Of a stretch of DNA of 64,000 nucleotides, positions 12,626 to 23,956 are shown one piece after another. The stretch comes from Octopus sinensis (lineage: Eukaryota), in assembly GCF_006345805.1 (NCBI RefSeq), contig NC_043009.1, positions 56,792,001 through 56,856,000 of the forward strand, written 5' to 3'. The first letter of the stretch is position 1. Each line of letters begins with the position of its first letter. The position numbers were made by a program, and so were the translations under genes. The notes under the pieces were generated by a model. That model was given only the letters and a program-made list of their open reading frames with translations, did no database searches and was not told the origin of the DNA.

Positions 12626-12783
12626 CGACAGGCTTCTTTCAGTTTCCGTCTACCAAATCCACTCACAAGGCATTGGTCGGCCCGGGGCTATAGCAGAAGG
12701 CACTTGCCCAAGATGCCACGCAGTGGGACTGAACCCGCAACCATGTGGTTGGTTAGCAAGCTACTCACCACACAGCCACTCCT
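12396..12783 (-). mobile_element. SINE family A, near full length
   Basis: Reverse complement of 15034-15458, with tRNA-like head and central (TA)/(CA) repeat. Confidence 0.9.
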
Positions 12784-12794
12784 ATATATATATA

Positions 12795-12962
<168 letters not shown>

Positions 12963-13323
12963 TATATATGAGATCTCTTTAAGTTAATGTTTTTCCATAT
13001 GATTATACATAAAACCATACACATACTTATAAAAATACAAAATATACCTACATAAGCATACATATACATATATACAAACATACATTCATACACGCATACA
13101 TACATGGACTTATGCGCGCACGTTTATATACATGTATGCTTGAGTAAGTATATTTGTATTATAAGTATGTGTATGGTTTATGTATAATCATATAGAAAAA
13201 AAACATTAACTTAAAGAGCACTCAATGAGTTAAAGTTACGTATAAATATTTTACAATAAATAAGGCTGTTAGTCACTTCTAACTTTCGCCGGAAATTTTG
13301 CGATAAACATACACACACACACG

Positions 13324-13361
<38 letters not shown>

Positions 13362-13562
13362 CACACACACACAAGTTTATACATATATATATACACATAT
13401 ATACATACATATGAGAAAGGGAGAGAGAGAGAGAGTGTGTGTGCGCGCGCGCGTTTTATAGAGGCTGAAAAGACTACAAACTATTACTCAAAGTTCACAC
13501 AACGATCATTAGACTGCCGTAAGTATATATATATATATATACCGATACCGGAGTAAACACAT

Positions 13563-13624
<62 letters not shown>

Positions 13625-13838
13625 TGTGAAATAGAAAGATGAATAATCTTGTAGTAGATTAATCAAAAGTTTAACCGATACCTTAGTAGCAAAAATCACA
13701 GCAGTGAACAGCACGGTTGGAGGTACAACCATCTGGCGTTGCAACCGTGCGTTGGTGCGGATAATTGAAATTAAAACATTATTGGTGAATTGAAGAAATG
13801 GAGCTGAACGCAGATTGAACAGAAATCGTTTTATTTCA

Positions 13839-13918
13839 TTCTACACGTGTTTCGAAAGGCACAAATTACCAAAATCCGATTGAATAATGGGACCATATTG
13901 TGTCTTTCTCTTCAGGAA
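13839..13918 (-). ncRNA. Type I hammerhead ribozyme motif
   Basis: Minus: TTC CTGAAGA GAAAGACACAA (33-nt loop) TTGTGCCTTTC GAAAC ACGT GTA GAA. Stem II 10/11 bp, palindromic stem III ACACGTGT. Confidence 0.8.
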
Positions 13919-14535
13919 GAAAAAAGGAAATCCGTTGGAAAAACAAAAACAGAACAGAGGCAGAGCAAAAAACAAATCGAACTGTGCTCCTAAGAGCCCA
14001 TGGCGAAACTGTTTATCAGTGTATGTTGAGAACCGGTGGCTGAAGAATTCAACAGGTCAGGCATCGGTCAAACATGTGGGTGAGGGTGTATAGATGTTCT
14101 TTGTGACCGAGAATAAAGTTCTGACTATTTAAAGAATATTGGATGTTTTATAAGGGGCGAGAAAAAATCTACTTAGAGACGTGTGTGTGTGTATACTGTT
14201 CTATATATGTGTGTGTTGGCGTAGGGGTAGAAAACATTTTTTGTGTACGTGTGTGCGTTTGATCGTTCGGCTGTCAGTGGCTACTGCCGTGATAACCGTT
14301 GGGTGGCAGAAAGAAAAAAAATAAAGAAATTATATATATATATTTTTTATGTTTTATGTGTGTGTGTGTGTGTTCATCTAAGCCTACCTTGACAAGGAAA
14401 CCCCCCGCTGTGAAAAAACAAGCCCCGTTTGTCTTACAGGAGTAATTTCCCTTGCAGTGGTTAATTGTAGATATCTTAAAATCTATTTCAGAATTTGTTA
14501 CCAAGGGCTATGGGTGCCGGTCTTATTTATAAACG

Positions 14536-14829
14536 CTATTTAAAGGCCAGATAAGTGTAACGCCGCCAATGGGGGCATCGAAAAGCCGACTGTAAGAGCC
14601 CGTTTACCATCCGGCCTCTGGCAAACAAAATATGGAAGAGTTCGGAGACACAAAGGTTGCACTGTCTTCTGCCCCTATCAAATGGGAGGGCCACCGACAA
14701 AATTGACCATTCCAGCCTATAGCTTAAGTTCGCATCCTTCAGTCGCCATATTAGCTTACTGAGTCCCGTGGTCTGGCGCTTGTTCACGTCCCGAAAAGTT
14801 GCGTAATGGTTGGAGACACGCAAAGACAA
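14536..14829 (-). pseudogene. C-terminal part of a PLE GIY-YIG endonuclease region
   Basis: NH..TF...TGLSKLIWRLK...W.IL......CNLC..E...I.......N......C.H pattern recalled from PLE ORF ends. Confidence 0.7.
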
Positions 14830-14837
14830 TCTTGAGG

Positions 14838-14876
14838 ATGATGCCCCTATATAAGTGAAGGCATCTTATATAGGGG

Positions 14877-14882
<6 letters not shown>
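14838..14882. repeat. Perfect 18-bp inverted repeat with 9-nt spacer
   Basis: atgatgcccctatataag / cttatataggggcatcat. Confidence 0.9.
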
Positions 14883-14925
<43 letters not shown>

Positions 14926-14946
14926 TATATATAATATATTATATAT

Positions 14947-15015
<69 letters not shown>

Positions 15016-15033
15016 TATATATATGTATGTATA

Positions 15034-15202
15034 GGCGCAGGAGTGGCTGTGTGGTAAGTAGCTTGTTTACCAACCACATGGTTCCGGGTTCACTCCCACT
15101 GCGTGGCACCTTGGGCAAGTGTCTTCAACTATAGCCTCGGGCCGACCAAAGCCTTGTGAGTGGATTTGGTAGACGGAAACTGAAAGAAGCCCGTCGTATA
15201 TG

Positions 15203-15249
<47 letters not shown>

Positions 15250-15455
15250 GTGTGTTTGTGTGTCTGTGTTTGTCCCCCTAGCATTGCTTGATAACCGATG
15301 CTGGTGTGTTTATGTCCCCCGTAACTTTGCGGTTCGGCAAAAGAGACCGATAGAATAAGTACTGGGCTTACAAAAGAACAAGTCCCGGGGTCGAGTTGCT
15401 CGATTAAAGGCGGTGCTCCAGCATGGCCGCAGTCAAATGACTGAAACAAGTAAAG

Positions 15456-15458
<3 letters not shown>
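15034..15458 (+). mobile_element. SINE family A (tRNA-derived), full length
   Basis: A-box-like tggctgtgtgg, B-box-like ggttcactccc, central microsatellite, 3' gactgaaacaagtaaa; many copies in the window. Confidence 0.9.
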
Positions 15459-15494
<36 letters not shown>

Positions 15495-16055
15495 TTATTT
15501 TCAATAAGACTGAACAAAGGGAGTTTAGCCTCATTTAAGCACTAATTTATTCACAACATGGAGCCAGGTGTATAGGCAGAGCCGAACTCAAACGAAAAAA
15601 AAGAAAGAAAAGAAAAAGGAAGAAACAGATCTCAAATATCAAACGCGCTTGAATTTTGCTTTTATAAGTGACATTATTTTGAATCGAACACTTTATTGAA
15701 ATACATCGTCTGTTGCCAAGTTTTATTATCCTCTGAGTTTCACCATCGATCTGACTTAATCTCTCTAAATGCTCCTCATTATTATTGTTTTGAAATGAAC
15801 TGATATAATTATATTAATGTAATGTTAAATTTAAAATGACACTTAATAACTGCACTGATTAGCTACAGAGAATTTTTGACACGCATATGCAACCTTAATA
15901 GGTTATTGAATAAAAGAATAGATTAATTATGTTATAATTTGTTTGGTTTTTAAACTCTATGAAAGGAATTAAACTACAGGAAAAGCAAAAAATTATCTTT
16001 TACTACATGAAAGATAGGAATAAAAACATGGATGTGTTGCGTGTTTGTATGTTTA

Positions 16056-16250
16056 TCTCTCTGTATATAAAACTGAGAATGTGTGTCTGTCTGTCTGTGT
16101 GTTTCCCTAAAACTTGAGAACTACACAACCAATTTCATTCAAATTTTACACCTGCCTTACGTAGGGTCCGTGTAGTTTCATGGGCAAAAAAAACGTTCAA
16201 CTTCTTGCCTAGGGCGAGCCCATAGCAATATCATATCTTCTCCACTATTT
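16056..16250 (+). mobile_element. Helitron-like 5' terminal fragment
   Basis: A|TC start then tatataaaa and (tgtc)n, resembling the 5' ends at 40520 and 40418. No CTAG 3' end found nearby. Confidence 0.4.
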
Positions 16251-18316
16251 CAGTATTACTTGTTAAAAGTGAAACAAAAACATTTCTCTATTTTATGTCA
16301 GATACTTTCACTTTAACAATAAAAATTAGAGATAATAATAACAATTGAATTATATGTAGTAAGTAATAATTAAAATCAAACTAAAGTATAATATAATCGT
16401 AACATAACAAAAGTAAAAATAGCAATTGGTATAAAATTGCATCAATGACTTGAACAAGTGGTTTCACATGAATAGAATAAATTAAAATATTTTGTCCAAT
16501 ATTCCCATAGAGGTGTATAAGCATGGAAGCAGACAACTTGTAAGATGTGCAAATTGATCTTTTTGATCTGGGAAGCTGGATTTGTTCCCCAGCAGTTCTA
16601 AGATGCATTTATAATGCATTTATATAAAAACAAAGAGAAGAAGAATGTATGTGATAATCCCTTTTTCTAACAGAAGAATGAGGAAAATCAAAAAGAATAG
16701 AGATGTGTGTTGTTATTGGCAAGCTATTCTAATGTAATTTATTTTATTGATACCTGTTGGATTAAAGGTAAAACTGACTTTTGTGGGATTTGAACTCAAG
16801 ATGCAGAGGAACATAACTGAATAGAACAAAACATTTAGTCTGGCACTCCATTCTGGACAGAATTTTTGGAACAACAGCCCTTCAATGTTCCATACCTCAT
16901 GGAAAAAGAAAAGTGAGGTGGGCAGGTTTCCTTCATTTTGTTTTTTTAATCTTTTTTGTTTCATACAATGGAAAATTTCCTCAAAACTTCTGTTTTTCAC
17001 ATCTCACCCCTGAATTCTGTGCCCTTTTTTCCTTCCATATCATTTAGGAAATAACTATTCTGATTCATTCTGCCAGCTTCAGCTCCACAGGGTTTATTAT
17101 TTCTACCTCAGCTGGACTCAAACCTACCAATTACATTACTTGCCCACCACATGTACAGTTTTACCTCTACATCTCAGGTGGGGATGGAGGAGGGACACAT
17201 TACCAGGTGATTAATAAGTTCTCATTTTAGTGTTGGGTTCAATCCAACTCCATCACACCTTGAGCAAGAATCTTTTAGCCTAGTTTTGGTTTTATCTCTT
17301 TTTGTTTTTGTTTTATCTTCTACTCATGTCTGAAAGAATGGGCAGTGCCCATGCCCTTCACAGACCATCTAGATGAGTGAGGTTAATGATTAATGCCATT
17401 GACGTTCCTTGTGAACCTGAGTAAACTAACATCTGTCAGAAAGATATGATCACGGAAAGATTTCCTGAGGGAAGCTATTTTGGGGAGGAAAGACTGAGCA
17501 TAGTAATAAATGTGAGGCCTGTAGGTGGGAGTAGGGGTGGACATAAGAGAAGAGGCAAGTGGGATGGGAATGTTTGAGAGGAGGTGAGGTGAGGTCAGCT
17601 AGCTGCAAGGAGCAGAAGCCATATAGTAGCAATAGAAATGGCAGAGAGAGGACACAGAATGTCTGGGCATCAGAGGATGGAGCATGTCCGTGAGTGACTT
17701 AACAGTTAATCTGTCAGGTGGCCAAAGCATTGGGAGTAAAAGTGGTTAAATAGAAACTGTGTGGAGCCCTGCCAAATGAAGTACAACTAATTTAAAGATC
17801 CAACCTAGTCTCACACCAAATATGTAACCAATAAGGGGAAATGAAGAAGCCTGTGACCCACAACTCCCTGTCAACAGAATTAGTCATCTGATATTTAGTT
17901 TAATTTTGTTGTGATTTTCCACAAAATATACCATTCACTTATTCAGCGAATGGTATATTTTTCTTAATAGTTGAGAAACATTCAATTGAAACTCTGGTTA
18001 TGTCCTTCATGTGTCACACTGATTCTGTCCCAGAACTACATTGAGGCCATATATATCTATGGAATACTCAACCAAATTACACTATAATTAGATCTGGACC
18101 TGTAATTAAAAGGCCTAGCCATGTCACACTGGGTTGTACTGATTCTACTTATGTTGTGGGTACATGTGTGGTGTGGTGTGGTATACTCAGCCAGTTATGT
18201 GTTAATATAACCATAAGACTACAAGCTGACAGAATCATTAGCACATTAGGCAAAATGTTTTACATTCTGAGTTCAAATTCCACTTAGACTTTGCCTTTCA
18301 TCCTCTAGGGGTTGAT

Positions 18317-18610
18317 AAAATAAGTACCAGTAGAATGTGTAACCAATTCAGTTGATCATATAACTGGAATAATCATCCTAGAAACAGATGAAGATCCATT
18401 TCCTTTAGCTTTTGTTTACTTATACACAACAGCAAATGAGTCAATGAGGTAATCTCTGTGTGGTTGTTCAATTTGCTAGAAATAACAGCCAAATCTATCT
18501 CCCTCACACTATGCTCTCACATTTTAAAAATGAAGGTCATATTAAATAATATTGCCCTACATCTTCAATAAAAATACAGAATGGCTCATTCTGGCCTGAC
18601 CTGGGTGTAA
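18317..18610 (+). repeat. ~290-bp direct repeat, copy 1 (copy 2 at 21261-21550)
   Basis: Colinear sequence with scattered substitutions. Confidence 0.85.
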
Positions 18611-19016
18611 ACATCAAGGGCATACTTTAGATCTTTGGAGACAATGGATCAGAATCTGGAAAACTTTGCTTTGGTTTTGCTGGAAGAACAATGTCTGGTA
18701 TTACTGCAATAGACCTCAAGAGAGGGACAGGCCCGGCTGGAGTAATTGCATTTGAGGGCGCAGTCAGTCAATCTTGTCCTGGTGCTGTTTTGCCATCAAA
18801 TTTTACCTTTCTCCATCAGAAATATTCAATCATTCTTTTTGTTTCTTTAAATGCTTGTCTAATTCCAGTCTCCAACAGCAGCAGTTGACAGATTTCATCT
18901 TTCTCTTCCATGAGTGTGTGTATGTGTGAGTGTGTGTGTTATTGAGTGTGAATGTCAATGTGTGTGTATGTGTGCATGTGTGAGAGTGTGTCAGTGTATG
19001 TGTGTGTTTGTGTGTG

Positions 19017-19068
<52 letters not shown>

Positions 19069-19626
19069 TGTATGTATGTGTGCATGTCTGTTGTGTTTAT
19101 GTTTATTTCTCATCACTTGACAACCCGGTGCTGGTGTGTTTATATCCCTGTAACTTAGCAGTTCACAAAGGAAGACTGACAGATCAAATTAACTTAGAGT
19201 TGATTTAGTTGACTAAACCATAGAAGGTTATGCCCCAGCATGGCCACAGTCAAATGACTGAAACTAGTCAAACAATATCAATAAATGGATGGTATTTCTT
19301 CATTTTATGAGCACCAAATGAAAGTATAAATTAATTGAAAGCAGTTAAAGGAAATTAAAACTTTATGAAACACCTTTTTCTTATCTAAATAACCATTTCG
19401 GTATTTTAAAACATAGAATTCCTCAAAAAGAATGAAATTTCAAAATGAGTTGAAAACTAAATCTCTTTTTCTTTTTCAGTGGGGCACTTAAGAAATTAAA
19501 GTTTTGATGTTAAAAAGAAGAATCCAAAAGAATTTTGAGGAGACCAAAAAGTGTGTGGAAGAAAGTGAAGTGCCTATATTCAACATGTTCCACATGGGTA
19601 TCCAGCTGTAAAACCATACCAAAACA

Positions 19627-20190
19627 GAGAGAAGAGCCTGGAACAGCTCTTTGGATGGCCAATCCCTGTTAAATCATTCAGTATTAAAGGAAGAGGCACT
19701 AAATGATGATGAACCTTGAAGGGTGTCATGTTTGATCTTTCATTTGTTGATCATAAAACAAAAGATTACTAAATAAATAAGAGAAAATACTGCAGCAAAT
19801 ATTAGTTTCAAATTTGAGAGAAGAGCCTGGAACAGCTCTTTGGATGGCAATCCCTGTTAATCATTCAGTATTAAAGGAAGAGGCAATAAATGATGATGAA
19901 CCTTGAAGGGTGTCATGTTTGATCTTTCATTTGTTGATCATAAAACAAAAGATTACTAAATAAATAAGAGAAAATACTGCAGCAAATATTAGTTTCAAAT
20001 TTGAGAGAAGAGCCTGGAACAGCTCTTTGGATGGCCAATCCCTGTTAAATCATTCAGTATTAAAGGAAGAGGCACTAAATGATGATGAACCTTGAAGGGT
20101 GTCATGTTTGATCTTTCATTTGTTGATCATAAAACAAAAGATTACTAAATAAATAAGAGAAAATACTGCAGCAAATATTAGTTTCAAATT
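19627..20190 (+). repeat. Three near-identical tandem units (189, 187, ~188 bp)
   Basis: Units start at 19627, 19816 and 20003; copy 2 differs by two 1-bp deletions and one substitution. Confidence 0.95.
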
Positions 20191-21260
20191 TTGGCACAAG
20201 GCCAATAACTTTGGTGGAGGGGGTAAGTTGATTACATCAACCCCAGTACTCTACCAGTACTTATTTCAATGACCCCCAAACGGATGAAAGGTAAAGTTGA
20301 CCTAAGCAGAATTTGAACTCTGAATGTAAAGACAGATGAAATGCCACTAAACACTTTGCCTGGCATGCTAGCAATCCTGCCAGCTCCCCACCTTAATTGC
20401 AACAGATATTGAGGTCAGTGACATTTTCGCTGGGGTGTCTTGTAGTCAAAGGGTCCATAACTGGGGATTCATTTATTTATTTTTGTATTTTTAGTCAGAT
20501 TCAATTTCATTAGGATTGTATAACTATCATCATTAACACTCAACTAGTTTCTGCTTAAAGTGAAAATATCCCTGGCTGATATCAGAATAATCTGCTTGTA
20601 CAGGTCATGTGTTTGGAGGGAGAAGGAGAGAAAGAGAAAGAGAGAAAGACTAAGAAAGAAGGTCATTACGGTTGATTCAACCGGTTGAAATAAATGACTG
20701 CTTTGATATCAGTAATTAACATAAATCCATTATTTCTTCTTTATCTTTGGTAGACATTTTCTTTCAGATCTTGTTACTCTACAATTAGGGTGCCTACATT
20801 ATCATCTGCTTTGATACTGCCATCATCATCATCATCATTGGTATCATTACTTAACGTCTGGCTTCCATGCTGGCATGGGTTGAATTATCCAACAAGATCT
20901 GACATGCCAGAGGACATCATTAAGCTTCAATGTCTATTTTGGTAGTTTCTATAGCTAGACGCCCTTCTTACCATGCCAACCACTTTATAAAGTGTACTGA
21001 GTACTATTTTCATGGCAGTGGCACTAGAGAGGCTTCCAGGTAATTCACAAAAACAGAAAAGTCCCCTTCGCTAAGGGGATGCTGGAGGGGTGGAGTAGTA
21101 AGTGGGGTGGGGCTTTTTGCCAGGTGTTAAGAGACTGAAGTATAACAGAAATAGAAAGGCACAGGTGTTACATTTTTAAATTTTGTAAATTAAATGAAGT
21201 TTTACCCTTTTAGATCCTGTTAATTATTCAGCTGGTACTTATTTTATTTGAGGGTTGATA

Positions 21261-21550
21261 ATATAAGTACCAGTTGAATGTGTAACCAATTCAGTTGATT
21301 ATACAACTGGAATAATCATCCTAGAAACAGATGGAGATCCATTTCCTTTAGTTTTTGTGTACTTGTACACAACAGCAAATGAGCCAATGAGGTAATCTCT
21401 GTGTGGTTGTTCAATTTGCTAGAAATAACAGCCAAATCTCCCTCACTCTATGCTCTAACATTTTAAAAATGAAGGACACATCAAATATTGTTGTCCCACA
21501 TCTTCAATAAAAATACAGAAGGTTCATTCTGGCCTGACCTGGGTTTAAAC
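21261..21550 (+). repeat. ~290-bp direct repeat, copy 2
   Basis: Matches 18317-18610. Confidence 0.85.
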
Positions 21551-22162
21551 TGAAAGGTATTCATTGCAACAAAGGTAAACACAAAAAAACCTTCACAAAA
21601 TATGCGTAAAATATATGTGAAAAATATGTAAAACATTAAGACAATTGGCAAAAAATATCTACAATAAAATTCTAATTGATAAATATAATTTTTATTAAAA
21701 CGCGGGTGAAGTAAATCTCGTGGTGCGAAGAATCAACACAACATAACGTGCAGTTGTCATGGTAACAAGCTATTAATGCCTTGCTGTCTGCTGATTGACT
21801 AAAATTTCCCAAATTTTCCCAACTTTAATTCCAAATAACATCAGATTCTTTAATTTGCGAGATAAAGTAATTAGTTGATCGTAATCAAAATTCATAGTTG
21901 CATCGATACACCAAAATTGAAAACAATCTGAGTAAAATTAAAGGGGTCTGATTTTATGAATCAGTTTAACATATATACACACATATGTATATGTGTGTGT
22001 GTGTGTGTGTGTGTACGTACATATGAGTCTTTGTGTCTTGACAACCGATGTCCGTATATTTACGCCCCATAACTTAGCAGTTCGGCAAAAGAAATCGATA
22101 GAATAAGTACTGGGCATATAAAAAATAAGTCCTGGGGTCGATGTAATCGACCCAATTCAAAC

Positions 22163-22574
22163 CGGTTTGAAAGGCAGTTTTTAACATAATTTCTAGGTAA
22201 CTAAAAAATGTTTAAATTCGTACACTGGTAGAATGTGTTTATAAAACATCTTTTTCTCTTGGCCTTATTGAGAAAATTCTATGGTTTGTAAGATATTTGT
22301 TGTTTTTTTTCTTCAATTTCTGCAATTTCAACCAATCAATGACGTCTATTGAGGTAAAAAAAACATTCTGTGCCGTATGAATGTCCCACGTTTAAGAAAC
22401 AGATTGGGTTTATTTACATTTGTGAAGAAAAAAGATACCCTTCCCCCACCCTTAACCCTAACCCTAACCCTAAAACAGATTGAAATGCAATAGATCGATA
22501 CTAGGGTCATAATTATGGGTGACAATTTCATATGACACCGCTAGAAAAAACTGCCGTTCAAACCGAAAAGATCC
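22163..22574 (-). mobile_element. MITE with internal telomere-like repeats; left TIR truncated
   Basis: Reverse complement of 25041-25463; contains (taaccc)n. Confidence 0.88.
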
Positions 22575-22673
22575 AAATAGTAAATTGGAGAAACATGGTA
22601 ATATTTCAATTTTCCTAGATATATTTATTATAAGAAACAACTCAGTTTCTTTCTCTAACATATATACTTCAAA

Positions 22674-23277
22674 GGAGGCGAGCTGGCAGAAGCGTTAGCA
22701 CGCCGGGCGAAATGCGTAACCGTATTTCGTCTGCCGTTACGTTCTGAGTTCAAATTCCGCCGAGGTCGACTTTGCCTTTCATCCTTTCGGGGTCGATAAA
22801 TTAAGTATCAGTTACGCACTGGGGTCGATGTAATCGACTTAATCCGTTTGTCTGTCCTTGTTTGTCCTCTCTGTGTTTAGCCCCTTGTGGGTAGTAAAGA
22901 AATAGGTATTTCGTTTGCCGCTACATTCTGAGTTCAAATTTCACCGAGGTCGACTTTGCCTTTCATCCTTTCGGGGGTCGATTAAATAAGTCCCAGTTAC
23001 GCACTGGGGTTGATATAATCGACTTAATCCGTTTGTCTGTCCCCTCTGTGTGTAGCCCCTTGTGGGCAATAAAGAAATAAGAAACGTTAGCACACCGGGC
23101 GAAATGCTTAGTGGTATTTCGTCTGTCTTTACGTACTGAATTCAAATTCTGCCGAAGTCGACTTTGCCTTTCATCCTTTCGGGGTCGATAAATTAAGTAC
23201 TAGTTGCGCACTGAGGTCGAGCTAATCGACTGGCCCCCTCTCAAAAATTTCGGGCTTTGTGCCTAGAGTAGAAAAGA
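22674..23277 (+). mobile_element. SINE family B, multimeric array (about 3 units)
   Basis: Repeated gtatttcgtctg..ttctgagttcaaattc..gtcgactttgcctttcatcctttcggggtcga blocks. Confidence 0.9.
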
Positions 23278-23956
23278 TTATACATACTTCAAACTAAACG
23301 AGTGAACGTGTATAAAACACAATAGGAATTTTGAAAGAAGTATCTATGAAACTAGTTTTTAAACATGGAATGACTACAGGGGTTCACCAGAATAAAATAG
23401 TAATCAGAGGGGTCCAAAGATAAAAAAAAAAAAAAAACTGGTTGAGAATCAATTCTCTAAACAATATCAATTTTCTCTTTAGAAATCTCTCTTCCAAACT
23501 TTGTGATGAATTGCTAAGCACAATTTTATATGTGGTAAAGAAGTAATGAATATTTTTCAATGAATTAAATAATTAATGTACTCCACTTTCAACGTTGATA
23601 TTTATGGAATACTCTCCGTCAAGGGTACAATCCTATCATGGAGCAAAAGTCATATGACTAAGCTATCGTCGAGTTTCTTTTAGTTTCTGTAACAAATTCG
23701 CTCACATGGCTTTGGTCGGTTCGGGGCTGTAATAGAAGGCAGTTGCCCAAGGTGCTACGCAGTGGGACTGAACCTGAAACCATGTGGCTGGGAAGCAAAC
23801 TTCTTAACACGCAGCTATACATACACACACACGCACGCACAACACGACTGTAAATGCTCGAACGACTATCTATAAACACAGACAAGCATTGCATATAAAT
23901 ATCCATACATACAAACACAAATACATATACAAAAATTTATTTACATAATATATATA

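Larger units (their letters stand above)
13620..14835 (-). mobile_element. Penelope-like element 3' portion (ORF end, 3' region, HHR)
   Basis: PLE endonuclease-type C-terminus followed downstream by an intact HHR; bounded by (TA)n. Boundaries approximate. Confidence 0.7.

Noticed and set aside
15034-15110. tRNA-gene-like A/B boxes here and at 30980, 43434 and 44617
   Set aside because: No cloverleaf or acceptor stem; they are heads of multi-copy SINEs.
18620-18910. ~95-codon minus-strand frame broken by only two TGA codons (possible CGA decay), and plus ORF 18691-18888
   Set aside because: No recognisable motif and no convincing splice borders; within chance expectation.
19627-20190. Tandem arrays as a CRISPR-like or second retrozyme array
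   Set aside because: No unique spacers, eukaryotic context, and no HHR core in the 188-bp or 690-bp units.
22448-22472. (TAACCC)n as a telomere or chromosome-fusion relic
   Set aside because: Only 3-4 units, internal to a TIR-bounded MITE present twice.
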